This document shows positions 9,134 to 19,054 of a stretch of DNA of 64,000 nt, piece after piece (position 1 is the first letter of the stretch; the number at the start of each line of letters is the position of its first letter). The position numbers and the translations under genes were made by a program. Source of the stretch: Armatimonadota bacterium (lineage in GTDB: Bacteria > Armatimonadota > Zipacnadia > Zipacnadales > VGFC01); contig VGFC01000003.1 of assembly GCA_016869045.1 (NCBI GenBank), forward strand, positions 2,170-66,169, in the 5' to 3' direction. The notes beneath the pieces were generated by a model, which searched no databases, was not told the origin of the DNA, and saw only the letters and a list, made by a program, of their open reading frames with translations.

Positions 9134-10198
9134 TCACTTGACCGCCAGGTAACCCTCCCGCCAGTTGTTGTCGATCTCCAGGGAGACGATCGGCTCCAGG
9201 TCACGCATCGCCAGCATGCAGCCACCCTCGAGCCCCTTGCCGCCCGCGCCGAGCGGCGGCCGGGGTGGGTAGAGAAGGTCCGTCGTGCGGCCATCGAGGA
9301 GAGCCGTCGGTTGCCCCTCCGTCAGTTGCAGGCTGTGACCGCCGACGTCAAGGAGCCACGCGGGCCCGTCCCCGACCCGGCGCCAGGTCCAGCCGCGCCT
9401 GGCGGCCAGGGCCGCCACGTCTACCACCGGCGTGTAGCCGTTCGCGAGGTAGGCATGGATCGGGGCTTCGTCCGCGCCCACCCGCACGCGCGTGACGTGC
9501 GGCCACCACTCCACGACGATCCCGTCCACCTCGCCGTCGAAGTTGGTGAGCTCCCAGGTGAGCTTGCGGTTCGCCTCATCAAGCGTGTAGCCGGCGGGGG
9601 CGATGTTGGCGAACGCTCCCGCGACATCGCCGTAGCTGACCGTGATGCTCAGGCGGTCAAGGGTCCCCTTCCAGGTGCCGGCCGTCTTCAGCAGGTACGC
9701 GAACCACTCGAAGCCGAGGTTCGCGCCTGACGCGCTGCCGCCGTGGTAGTGGCTGTAGGTGATCTCGAGGCGCCGAGTCTGATCGGCAGCGAAGGGGACG
9801 CGGGTCACGAACCAGGACTCGGCGCCCTCGTTGGGCGGCACAAGCGGAGGGGCGCCTTCGAGTGGCGGCAACTGCTCCACCGTGACCGCCTGACCATCCA
9901 CCACGAAGGCAACGTCCTGGAGGTTCAGGTCCGGGGGACGGTTGGCCCACCGCACCTGCGGGAAGCCGATCAGCACGTCGTGGGCCGCCCCCTCGTTGCG
10001 GAAGTCCATCACCGCCTTCACCGTAGCCCGCTCCGGCCCGAGGTCCACGGTGAGATCCTCCGCCACCATGCGCACGTCGCACGGGTCCTGGCGGCGAGCA
10101 GCAGCCCCTCCTCGGACCTCGATGGAGACGGGGTCAGCGCGAAGACCGCCGACCGGAGCAGCCACTGCCAACGCGCACACGAGCCAGTACCGCATCAC
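9134..10198 (-). CDS. Hypothetical secreted protein (signal peptide; beta-rich)
   Basis: N-terminal MMRYWLVCALAVAAPVGGLRA signal; no recognisable catalytic motifs. Confidence 0.45.
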   Translation of the reverse strand: MMRYWLVCALAVAAPVGGLRADPVSIEVRGGAAARRQDPCDVRMVAEDLTVDLGPERATVKAVMDFRNEGAAHDVLIGFPQVRWANRPPDLNLQDVAFVVDGQAVTVEQLPPLEGAPPLVPPNEGAESWFVTRVPFAADQTRRLEITYSHYHGGSASGANLGFEWFAYLLKTAGTWKGTLDRLSITVSYGDVAGAFANIAPAGYTLDEANRKLTWELTNFDGEVDGIVVEWWPHVTRVRVGADEAPIHAYLANGYTPVVDVAALAARRGWTWRRVGDGPAWLLDVGGHSLQLTEGQPTALLDGRTTDLLYPPRPPLGAGGKGLEGGCMLAMRDLEPIVSLEIDNNWREGYLAVK

Positions 10199-10274
10199 CC
10201 AAGCCTCCCAGTGACGCTGTTGTCGCGCATCCAGTGGTTGTACGCCTGCGGGGCGACGAAGGTTGAGCGCGCGG

Positions 10275-11372
10275 CTAGCGGACCGCCAACTCGGCGCTCA
10301 GGTCCAGGTAGCGCTTGATCCCCTCGGGTGTGACGTTCCAGGGGATGTGGTTGCCGATGCACATCATGTAGCCGCCGGTCATGCGGGAGGTCTCGACCAT
10401 GCTCTCGACCATGCGGCGGATCTCGTCGGGATCGTTGCGCGTGAGGATGCGGTTGTCGCCCTCGCCGGCAACGAAGGGGTTGTCGTACTTCCGGGCGATT
10501 TGCTTGTAGTTGGTGAAGGGCTCGGAGATGATCCCCCGGGCGCCGCAGGCCATCACGTCGTCCGCGTAGGCGTCAACGCAGCCGTCCACCATGAAGATGA
10601 CCTCGATGCCTTTCGCCCTCAGCAGCCCCCAGAACTCCTCGTAGCGCGGGAAGATGTACTTGTGCATCCAGGCGGGCGAGCAGACCGGGCCGCGGGAGGT
10701 CACGATATCATCGTGGCAGACGGCGAACTTCACCGGCAGGCGGGCGAAGGTGCGGAAGACGCGCCGGTTGATCTCCGCGAACTCGTCCATGATCCGCTCG
10801 AAGCGCGGGTCCAGGCAGCACTCCAGGAACAGCTCCCAGCCAAAGGTCAGCAGCGGCCACATGAACATCGTGTTGTAGAAGCCGCACGAGGACGTTGAGC
10901 CCTCCGGCGCGGTGTCGCCCCACTCGGCGGGGTAGCCCGCGCGGTAGGCCTCGTAGAGCTTCTCCTCGTCGGAGTAGTCGCGCGATTCCACCACGGGGAT
11001 GTGTGTGAAGTCGCCCTGCGCCAGTGGGCTGAAGGCGAAGACCTCCTCGGGCGTGTGGAACTTCAGGCCCCAGTCCCAGATGCCCGTCTCCGAGTCGCCC
11101 CAGCGGACGTGGTGGCGGCCCTGCTCGTCAGTGGAGGAACTCTCGCCCTGCAGATCGAGCTTCGGCCGGGGCTTTGGGTCGTCGGTCTCCGGCACGCCCA
11201 GCTCCAGCATCGGGTACAGCTCCCGCAGCTTCAGCCGACACTCGCGCGGGTGCTCGTAGTAGTCGATGCCCGTGAGATACGTCTCCGCATCAGGACACGA
11301 CCAGTGCTCCCAGTGGGGAATGCGCTTGGGCCACAGGCCCATGTAGGCAAGGTAGCGGTCCGAGTACTCCAT
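10275..11372 (-). CDS. Uroporphyrinogen decarboxylase (URO-D) family protein (MtaA/CmuA-like fold), paralog 1
   Basis: Shares blocks GFYNTMFMWPLLTFGWELF, CHDDIV, GNHIP with the two other URO-D-like ORFs in the window (27409..28494, 28607..29641). Confidence 0.65.
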   Translation of the reverse strand: MEYSDRYLAYMGLWPKRIPHWEHWSCPDAETYLTGIDYYEHPRECRLKLRELYPMLELGVPETDDPKPRPKLDLQGESSSTDEQGRHHVRWGDSETGIWDWGLKFHTPEEVFAFSPLAQGDFTHIPVVESRDYSDEEKLYEAYRAGYPAEWGDTAPEGSTSSCGFYNTMFMWPLLTFGWELFLECCLDPRFERIMDEFAEINRRVFRTFARLPVKFAVCHDDIVTSRGPVCSPAWMHKYIFPRYEEFWGLLRAKGIEVIFMVDGCVDAYADDVMACGARGIISEPFTNYKQIARKYDNPFVAGEGDNRILTRNDPDEIRRMVESMVETSRMTGGYMMCIGNHIPWNVTPEGIKRYLDLSAELAVR

Positions 11373-11430
11373 GCGGCGGGCCTCCCGTGCTCAGGTGGGT
11401 ACGGCGAGGGGCGGACACATGGGTCCGCCC

Positions 11431-12804
11431 CTACGGACGTCTGAGGCTCAGGGCGATTTCCTCAACGTACTCCGGCGACTGCAGCGTCAGCGCGCCGCCC
11501 TCGTGCTCTACCACTCGCGCCCCCTCGCTCTCCCCGCTCCTTGGGTTCAGCCATCCGACGCGGTAGTTGCCTGCAGGGACGTCGAGCGTCAGCTCGACCT
11601 GCGTGCCGCCCTTCAGGTAGATCGCGTACTGCTTGCCGGGCTCGGCGAGGCAGCGCGCGACGGCGCCGTCCGGGACGCCGCTGGTGATGGTCTCGCCATG
11701 GGGCGCCATGCGGAGGAAGTCGAAGCTCTCGAGGAAGCGCTTGAGCGTCGTGAGCTGGCTCCGCAGCCGCGGGCCGCCGCCGCCAGGGGCGGAGACCTCA
11801 GCGGTGCCCTCGGGATGCGCAGCGGTGAACGAGTAGTCCAGGTTGTCGTAGACCGCGCCGCCGGCGAGCATGAACTCCCAGGCGTCCGTGCGGTAAGGCA
11901 GGTCCTCGGAGCCCTTGAAGCCCGTCTCGTCGAAGGCGATGGGGCGGTTGAGGCCCCAGTTCACCTTCACTGCATCGGGCGGGTTCGCGTAGTGGAAGTT
12001 GAGGATCGACACGAGCGGGTTCGGGTCGGTGACCTCCGCCGAACCGTTCGCGATGTTCTGCGCGATGAGGTGCTTGTGAGGGAAGTCCGCCTCGGCCTCC
12101 GCGATCACCCGGGCGATTCGGGCTTGCCAGTCGAGCGTCACGCCGCCGAAGTACGGCTCGTTGCAGATCTCATAGTACAGGTTCGGCACGTCGCGCAGCT
12201 CGCTCACGATCTTGCGGGTCATCGCCTCCTGGATCGCGGTCAGTTGCGGATGCTTCAGGGCCAGGACCTCGGTTCGCGGCACGTCAGGCGTGCCGTTCAC
12301 GTTGTTCGCGGGGTGCAGCGGGCTGAGCCGCCACATCGAGTCCTCGTAGTACGGGCAGAAGAGCGCCAGCTCCACGACGACCCCGCGCTGGCCCGCCTCC
12401 CGGCAGAAGGTCTTCAGGCGCGCGAAGTAGGCTGCATCCCAACGCGTGAGGTCGAACTTGCTCCCGCCATTGGCGTAGCCGGGCTCCGGGCTGCGCGCCC
12501 ACGGGCAGATCAGCCGCCCCTCGGCGGGGGCCAGCGTGTTGTCGCGGATACCAAAGGACCGCGAATCCTCGCAGTAGACCCCGGTGAAGGTGCGGGTGAG
12601 GTTGAACTCGCACTGCTGCAGCTCCGTGAAATACGGAACGCAGTCGAAGTCCAGGTTCAGCACCGCGCCATAGTGCTCCCCGGAGGTGATCAGCACCGTT
12701 GGCTTGCCGCCGAAGGTGAAGTAGCGAGGGTTGTCCGGGTGCAGCGCGATGGGTGGCGGCGCGGAGGCGGCTGAAGCGGCGAGTGAGAGCACCATGGTTA
12801 GCAT
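11431..12804 (-). CDS. Secreted glycoside hydrolase family 5-like (cellulase superfamily) protein
   Basis: Signal peptide MLTMVLSLAASAASA (start moved to ATG 12804); ICNEP catalytic-acid motif characteristic of GH5/clan GH-A. Confidence 0.6.
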   Translation of the reverse strand: MLTMVLSLAASAASAPPPIALHPDNPRYFTFGGKPTVLITSGEHYGAVLNLDFDCVPYFTELQQCEFNLTRTFTGVYCEDSRSFGIRDNTLAPAEGRLICPWARSPEPGYANGGSKFDLTRWDAAYFARLKTFCREAGQRGVVVELALFCPYYEDSMWRLSPLHPANNVNGTPDVPRTEVLALKHPQLTAIQEAMTRKIVSELRDVPNLYYEICNEPYFGGVTLDWQARIARVIAEAEADFPHKHLIAQNIANGSAEVTDPNPLVSILNFHYANPPDAVKVNWGLNRPIAFDETGFKGSEDLPYRTDAWEFMLAGGAVYDNLDYSFTAAHPEGTAEVSAPGGGGPRLRSQLTTLKRFLESFDFLRMAPHGETITSGVPDGAVARCLAEPGKQYAIYLKGGTQVELTLDVPAGNYRVGWLNPRSGESEGARVVEHEGGALTLQSPEYVEEIALSLRRP

Positions 12805-12899
12805 CGCAGTCCTTGCGCGAGGCGCCGAAGATGAACGAGGCGGAGGGCTTTCGCCGGCTCCGCCTCGTGGTTCGTCTGAAGGGTGCGGCACTCCTCGGG

Positions 12900-13823
12900 C
12901 TAGTAGGTGCGCGTGAGCTGCTTCTGATTGGCTCCGTTCGGGTCGCTCACCCAGACCTGACGGTCGCGGGTGAAGGTGATGCGGGTCCCGTCGGGCCTCC
13001 AGTCCGGGTATCCGTCAGAGCGGGCGTCCGAGGTGACCTGCGTCAGGCCCAAACCATCGGGCGCAACGCTCCACAGATCGAAGTCACCCGCGCGGTTCGA
13101 GGTGAAGAGGATCGTGTTCCCGTCCGGCGACCAGGCCGGCTGCTCGTCGCGGTCGGGAGAGGTCGTCACCTGGGTCAGACCGCCGCCGACCAGGTCCTTG
13201 ACCCAGATGTCCGTGTTGCCGGCTCGGTCGGACTGGAAGGCGATCTTCGTGCCCGTCGGGTCGAAGCACGCCCACTGGTCGTTGGCCGGGTCCTGATCCA
13301 CAGCCACCTGCTGCGTCGGATCGGCGACCGTCACCGTGTAGATGTTGTTGTCGCCGTCGCGGTTCGTGGTGAACGCGATCTTCGTGCCGTCGGGAGACCA
13401 GGCGGGCTGGGTGTCGGAGCCCGGGTCGGTCGTGAGCTGGGTCAGGAGCGCCGGGCGGTCGCCGCTGGTGGCGGAGATCAGGTAGAGGTCGTTGCTCGGC
13501 CCGCGCCGCGAGGCCATGGCGACCAACGTGCCATCCGGGCTGTAGGCCGGGTTGAACCCGCCCTCGTCCAGCAGGTCGCTGTCGTTGTCCGACGGCGTCA
13601 GCGTCGTCACTGCGCCGCCCTGCTGGTTGATGGTGTTGATGTAGCGCAGACCGTTTCCGCCAAACGAAGCGAACGCGATCGCGCCGTTCGGGCCGTACGA
13701 GTTGCCCTCCGAGACGGTGAAGAACGCGGCCTCGCCCCCGCTGCCGCCACAACCCGACAGGACCGAGGCGGCAATCAGGGGCACGAGAACCACAGCAAGC
13801 GTCAACAGGGACTTCCGGGTCAT
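12900..13823 (-). CDS. TolB-like beta-propeller (PD40 repeat) lipoprotein
   Basis: Lipobox LSGC after signal peptide (start at ATG 13823); repeated P(A/D)WSPDG(T/N)xIAF PD40-type blades. Confidence 0.7.
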   Translation of the reverse strand: MTRKSLLTLAVVLVPLIAASVLSGCGGSGGEAAFFTVSEGNSYGPNGAIAFASFGGNGLRYINTINQQGGAVTTLTPSDNDSDLLDEGGFNPAYSPDGTLVAMASRRGPSNDLYLISATSGDRPALLTQLTTDPGSDTQPAWSPDGTKIAFTTNRDGDNNIYTVTVADPTQQVAVDQDPANDQWACFDPTGTKIAFQSDRAGNTDIWVKDLVGGGLTQVTTSPDRDEQPAWSPDGNTILFTSNRAGDFDLWSVAPDGLGLTQVTSDARSDGYPDWRPDGTRITFTRDRQVWVSDPNGANQKQLTRTY

Positions 13824-13983
13824 GACTCCCTCTCCTCTAGCGGGCGTACAAGGGCCCGTCGCGAGCGCTTCGCAATGGGCTCCACCGTACCCTTCGGACA
13901 ACGGGGAACGTCCTGAGTTCCGGCGCGGGGATTATAGTCGGTCCCCCCGGCAGGGTCAAGGGAGACGCGCGGCGCGTGTCGGC

Positions 13984-15576
13984 TCAGGCGAAGGCGGCGA
14001 GCAGCTCCCTCCGTGTAGCTCTGAACGCCGCCGGGTCGAGGTCGCAGTCATCCATCGCGCGGATGACCCGCGCGGCGATCCGGTGCGCCTGTTCGGGCTC
14101 CAGGAGGCGCAGAAGCTCGTAGTCCTCGATTCCGTCGCGGAGCGCCTCGAAGCGGATGGAATCAAGTGGCCCGCCGCTACCCGGGTAGACGATGCAGTTG
14201 TCACCGGCCGGCAGGCAGAAGTTCGGGCTGTGGACCGGCTCGACATCGACGAAGGGCACATCCCCCGCCCAGTAGTTGTAGCCCCAGTGCAGGAAGCCCG
14301 TGCTCTCGTAGTGGAAGTTCAGCCAGTGCAGCAGGCGCGTCTTCACGAGATGGTAGTCGATGAAGCGGTTGGCATAGGTCCCGGTCGGCGCGAGGCACGT
14401 GTAGAACCACAGCTCATCCCCGGCGGCGACGCGGCTCCGGTAGAAGTCGTTCCCCGTATGCCAGTCCCCCAACTGCGGGACCCAGATGTCGAGGTTCTGC
14501 GCCTCATGGCACATGTTCGCTTCGATGGTCCGTAGGCGCGGCGCATAGCGCTTCACGGCGGCGCTCAGTTTGTTCCAGCTCTCCACGTTGCAGGGGATCG
14601 GCTCGTCGGCGAGGTGCTGGAAGTACCGGTCGGCCCAGCCGCGCGTGACGAGGTGCGCCTCCAGCGCGGGGAGGAAGTCGGCCAGGAAGGCGTTCGCCTC
14701 CAGGCTCCCGGCGAGCGCCTGCTTGTGCACCAGCCCGTGGCCCTCGGGCTGCCAGGTGCTGATCTCGAACTCCGTGGCCTCCCAGCCGCCCGCCCGGCCG
14801 CCGAGGTGCCCGCCCTCGATGCAGCCGATTACGCCCTCCCGCATGAACAGCTCCACGAACCGGCCGAAGCGCGCGAAGTCGAGGGCCAACCGGCCGCCCT
14901 CGTTGCGCATGTCGATCAACTCGAAGATGGGGGTGATGACCACGTTCTGTCGATGGGCCGCGAGGTTCCGCGCATACACCGCCAGCAAGTCCCAGTATGC
15001 CTCGCTCCACATCTTCACGCTGTGGAAGCGCGCGATGTTCGCCCAACTCACCCAGTTCGTGACCTTCAGCGTGCGCTCGTCGGGAACGGTGGCCGGATAC
15101 ACGGTCACCCGCAGCTCCGCCTCGGCGTCTCCCTGGTCGGTGGCGACGTGAATCGGCCCAACGTACTCGCCCGGCGGAGTGTCCTTCGGCACGGTGACGT
15201 CGATCCAGATGGGGAGGCACTCGCCCTTGCGCACGCGGATGTGGCCCTGCGGGAAGAGCGGATCGGGGAACATCGCCGGCGCCGGGCGCACGAGGTGCTC
15301 GGCCGGCGTGTTCGTCGTGTTCTCGCGAACCGGCACATGCCCCACGAACCGCGCCTGCGCACCTGCCAGCGGGAAGCCGCCCGCGACCGGCTGCAGCGGC
15401 CCGAACGTGACCACCACCGACATGAGGTGGTGCGAGTCGCACTTCAGCGCGAGCTGCCCGGCCTCGGTCTCGTTACGCGCGGCGTCGATCCGCACGACTG
15501 AGGTCGCATCCCCCGGCGGACCGTCATCGGGGAAGACCTTCGTCAGGGCATCAACCGACCAGACTTGCAGGGACAT
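13984..15576 (-). CDS. DUF4091 / GH123-like glycoside hydrolase family protein
   Basis: 530 aa; C-terminal LRDGIEDYELL motif and overall architecture reminiscent of DUF4091/GH123; no signal peptide evident. Confidence 0.5.
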   Translation of the reverse strand: MSLQVWSVDALTKVFPDDGPPGDATSVVRIDAARNETEAGQLALKCDSHHLMSVVVTFGPLQPVAGGFPLAGAQARFVGHVPVRENTTNTPAEHLVRPAPAMFPDPLFPQGHIRVRKGECLPIWIDVTVPKDTPPGEYVGPIHVATDQGDAEAELRVTVYPATVPDERTLKVTNWVSWANIARFHSVKMWSEAYWDLLAVYARNLAAHRQNVVITPIFELIDMRNEGGRLALDFARFGRFVELFMREGVIGCIEGGHLGGRAGGWEATEFEISTWQPEGHGLVHKQALAGSLEANAFLADFLPALEAHLVTRGWADRYFQHLADEPIPCNVESWNKLSAAVKRYAPRLRTIEANMCHEAQNLDIWVPQLGDWHTGNDFYRSRVAAGDELWFYTCLAPTGTYANRFIDYHLVKTRLLHWLNFHYESTGFLHWGYNYWAGDVPFVDVEPVHSPNFCLPAGDNCIVYPGSGGPLDSIRFEALRDGIEDYELLRLLEPEQAHRIAARVIRAMDDCDLDPAAFRATRRELLAAFA

Positions 15577-15607
15577 GATTCCGCTCCTCGGCTGCAGGGG
15601 TGCACGG

Positions 15608-18600
15608 TCACTTCGCGCGGACGACGGGCTCCGCCCAGCGTGCCCAGTCGCAGGTTGCGTCGTCGCGGGCGTCGGCGATCAGGCTCAGGACGATGGTCTG
15701 CCCGGCCCAGCGACTGAGGTCGACCCCCAACGGGTGCCAGCCGTCGGCACGTTCGACCGGTTGCCGGTGCAGGACCTCCCCGTTGACGGCGACCGCGAAG
15801 TCGATGCCGTTGCTTCGATCCGCCCCGTCCTGGATGCCGGCTGAGGTCGTCAGGACGGCGGGATCGCGGGGCAAGGTGAGCAGGTAGTCAACGACCGTCT
15901 CCCCGCCGATCGGCGGGTGGACGGCCAGAGCGGGCCTTTCGACCCCAGCGCACCTGCCTGTCCCTTGCGAGGCGCCGAGGTAGATAGGGCGGTTCTGCTT
16001 CGGCAGCGGCACGCCGCCAACGAGGGGGCTCCAGTCGAACTCCGCGCCCAGCAGATCAAGCGGCAGCGAGGCGGCCTGCGGCTCCGCGAACAGGAGGCAG
16101 AGCGGGCCGGGCGCGGTGGCCTGCAGTCGGTAGCGTGTCAGCGCGCCCTGGCCGCCAACGCGAGTGCAGCCGGCAGGGCGGAGGGACGCGGGCACCTCGC
16201 GCGGTGTCAGCACCTCGAGCGGGAACTCCAGCGCCCCCGCGTCGGAGACCAGCCTCGGCTCTCCCCACGCCGCCCAGGCGTAGCTTCCCCGGCCCTCGGG
16301 GCCCTTGTCCACGGACAGGCGCAGCTTCACGATCCGCCCGGCGAGGTCCGAGAGGTCCACGGAGCAGGGCTGCCACTCGCAGCGCTTCCAGTCCTGGCGG
16401 AAGACCTCGCGCCCGTCCGCATGCACGAGGAAGGTGACGCCCTCGGACTGCTCGGCACCGTCGCGCAGACCGATGGCGAACTCCAGTCGGCTCTGGCCCT
16501 CGGGGACGGGCAGGGCCCACTCGGCGAACACCTGGCCGATGACGCCGGGCTCCGGGTCCCACGGGGGGTGAACCGAGAAGCCCTGCAGGGGCTTGTCGCC
16601 GACGGTCGCGTAGCCCCCGGTGAGCTGCGCACGGTTGCCCAGGGGCTTGTCCTCGCCCCGGACCGTGATGCCGATGGCGGCGTCCGACACGCGCTGGGTC
16701 AGGTCGAGTACCCGCTGGCGGAGCGCGAAGTCCGCCAACAGGAAGCGGTCCGTGCAACGGAAACTGCGCAGGATGACGTCCTCCGGCAGGCGGAGGAGGT
16801 GCGGGCGGCCGGGCTCGGGCGCGCCCGGCTCGCAGAGGTGGAGGCGGTCAGGATCGAGACCGTAGATACCCGACTCGTCGTACGCGGGCCAGCCGTCGAT
16901 GTGCCCGGCGGCGCGGACGGAGGTTCTGCCGCGGACGTAGCGGTAGAGCGTGCGGCCTTCCCCGGAGGCGTCCCGGAACCATGCGTACGAGCCTCCGAAG
17001 CCGTCCTCTTCGCAGACGAGGCGCGCGCCGGAGGGTCCAGTCCACACGCACTTCGTCTCGGGGGAGGCCTCCGCGTCGAAGTCCGGCTGGAGATCGAAGT
17101 GGTCGATGAGGCGCATCTCTTCCAGCCGCACGCGCAAGTCCGGGCCCGGGTCCGCAAGCCGTTCCGCGGTCGGGTGAGACAGCGTGGGCAGGACGCCCCA
17201 GCTTTCGTAGGCGCGCGTCCAGCCCCGGTACAGGTCGGACGGCGCGGGGGCGGGGTAGCCGAGGTAACCGTACCACCGCGTGTGCGGCCCGAGAAGATAC
17301 GCTGAGATGGGATGGCTGCAGTCCGCGCCCGCCAGGTCGAGCGCGAGGCCCGGCTGGCCCGGCGGGCGTGTCATGGCCAGCGAACCGTGTGTCTGGGCGA
17401 AGCACTCGTGGCGGCACGAGACTTCGTTGAGGCCTTCGCCGCCGAGGGCGACCTCCGGCAGTGAACCGCGCAGGTCGCGATGGAAGGCCACGTTGCCCTG
17501 GACCGTGTTCAGCCCGTCGGCGCGTTCGGTGACGTTGGGCATCGCCAGCGTCACGTCGAGGTGCAGCGCGTCGGCGCCGTAGCGCTCCACGATCTCTCGG
17601 CACTTGCGGACATACAGGTTGCGCCAGGCTTGCGCGCCCGGGTGGATCATCGCGATGTGGGGCACGGGTTCGGCCCAGGGCCACTCGTAGGTGTGTAGCG
17701 CCCCGGTGAGGGCGTCGCGCATGTGGTAGGGCTTCAGCTCCTCGTAGGCGGGGTTCTCCAGATTCACGCCGTAGTAACACGTGTGCGGCATCACGCGGTA
17801 GCCCAGCTCGTGAGCGAACGCCACCAGGTCGGCGAAGCCCTCGTAGCTGGTGTAGTCGGGGTAGTTGATGTCGTAGGTGTCGCGGCGCCAGTTGGGGACG
17901 TACAGCAGGCACTTGCTCGGGGTGACCCACTCCGCAAGCTCTTTGAGCGTCGCGCGGACCTCCTCCCGCTGCGAGGGATCGCGGTCTGCGCCCAGGATGA
18001 CGACGGAGCGGATGCCGCTTGCCCACGGCGGGTGGCGCTCTGCCAGCGAGGGGGTGCGGAACGTCTGGGTCATCCATTCCCGGTAGCGACGCGCAGGTAC
18101 CCGCCAGTCGCCCTCGTAGAAGGCGAGTCGCCAGGTGACTGACTCGATGGAGGTGTGCTGCGAGGGCGGGCCCTCATTGTAGGTGCGGAAGGCGAGGTCG
18201 AAGCGGCCCCGATGGTGGCGGATCGCGAGGCCCTTGAAGCGGTCGTCGGGGTCGTCGGCGCGGACCCAGAAGCCGCCCCGGCGGCCCTGGACGATCACCA
18301 TCTGCGCCTCCCAGCCCGTCGGCCAGTCCAGCACGGTGTCGGCGACCGGCGAGCCGTTCCCGAGGCGGACGCCTGACCAGGCCGGGACGATCAGACTGAC
18401 GACTTCGTCGCTCAAGCCACGAATGGCCCACTGACAGCCGTGGAGGCCGGAGGGGGCCGTGCCCTCCTGGTGGATCACCGCGTCACCCGCGGCATCCGCC
18501 GTGACGGTCGTGGCAAGGGCGGCCCCGTCCGCCCACGTCGTGCTGGAGCGCGCTCCGTCTTCTGAGCGTTCCGCCGCAGCGGCGGTCCAGTCGGCCTGGC

Positions 18601-18811
18601 TGCCGTCGTGAAGCAGGCCGCTGTCCAGCCCAGCGCCTGCGGGTGCCGTGTACGTCTCTCCAGTCAGCCGGTTGGTTACCGCGACCAGAACTCCGTCCTC
18701 GAAGGTCAGCGTGCCGCCGGCAAGATGCACCTGCGAAGAGGCCGGCGACGGCTTGGGCACGCATAGCGCCCACAGGACTGCCAGAGCGGCGGCTCGGGGG
18801 AAGATGCGCAT
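15608..18811 (-). CDS. Large secreted glycoside-hydrolase-like protein (1067 aa) with central TIM-barrel-like region and two tandem C-terminal beta-sandwich (CBM-like) repeats
   Basis: Signal peptide; central block YVPNW...HLDV; two similar C-terminal repeats (RDGAEQSEGVTFLVHADGREVFRQ... / QDGADRSNGIDFAVAVNGEVLHRQ...). Confidence 0.5.
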   Translation of the reverse strand: MRIFPRAAALAVLWALCVPKPSPASSQVHLAGGTLTFEDGVLVAVTNRLTGETYTAPAGAGLDSGLLHDGSQADWTAAAAERSEDGARSSTTWADGAALATTVTADAAGDAVIHQEGTAPSGLHGCQWAIRGLSDEVVSLIVPAWSGVRLGNGSPVADTVLDWPTGWEAQMVIVQGRRGGFWVRADDPDDRFKGLAIRHHRGRFDLAFRTYNEGPPSQHTSIESVTWRLAFYEGDWRVPARRYREWMTQTFRTPSLAERHPPWASGIRSVVILGADRDPSQREEVRATLKELAEWVTPSKCLLYVPNWRRDTYDINYPDYTSYEGFADLVAFAHELGYRVMPHTCYYGVNLENPAYEELKPYHMRDALTGALHTYEWPWAEPVPHIAMIHPGAQAWRNLYVRKCREIVERYGADALHLDVTLAMPNVTERADGLNTVQGNVAFHRDLRGSLPEVALGGEGLNEVSCRHECFAQTHGSLAMTRPPGQPGLALDLAGADCSHPISAYLLGPHTRWYGYLGYPAPAPSDLYRGWTRAYESWGVLPTLSHPTAERLADPGPDLRVRLEEMRLIDHFDLQPDFDAEASPETKCVWTGPSGARLVCEEDGFGGSYAWFRDASGEGRTLYRYVRGRTSVRAAGHIDGWPAYDESGIYGLDPDRLHLCEPGAPEPGRPHLLRLPEDVILRSFRCTDRFLLADFALRQRVLDLTQRVSDAAIGITVRGEDKPLGNRAQLTGGYATVGDKPLQGFSVHPPWDPEPGVIGQVFAEWALPVPEGQSRLEFAIGLRDGAEQSEGVTFLVHADGREVFRQDWKRCEWQPCSVDLSDLAGRIVKLRLSVDKGPEGRGSYAWAAWGEPRLVSDAGALEFPLEVLTPREVPASLRPAGCTRVGGQGALTRYRLQATAPGPLCLLFAEPQAASLPLDLLGAEFDWSPLVGGVPLPKQNRPIYLGASQGTGRCAGVERPALAVHPPIGGETVVDYLLTLPRDPAVLTTSAGIQDGADRSNGIDFAVAVNGEVLHRQPVERADGWHPLGVDLSRWAGQTIVLSLIADARDDATCDWARWAEPVVRAK

Positions 18812-18977
18812 TCCGGAGGGGCTCCCGTCTGCGAAGGATGGCGAGAGTCGATGGCCCGGTTCGCTGTGCGTACGGTCACTGCCTGCCGCAGGAGCGAGGA
18901 AGAAGGTGTTCTGCGGCGGGTGGCGAACAGTAGGTTCCGACGCCGAGGGCCCGCGGTTCGGGGGCTGTTGGGGTGCG

Positions 18978-19006
18978 TTGACACTTGCACCTCGAAAGCG
19001 GATAAT
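18978..19006 (+). promoter_or_regulatory. Sigma70-like promoter (TTGACA-17-GATAAT) upstream of S8 protease gene
   Basis: TTGACA at 18978..18983, 17-bp spacer, GATAAT at 19001..19006; ~45-nt leader to the RBS GGAGGA and ATG. Confidence 0.45.
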
Positions 19007-19054
19007 GCCCGCAATCAGTACTTGGCGTACGGTGCAATCTCACCGGCTCGGAGG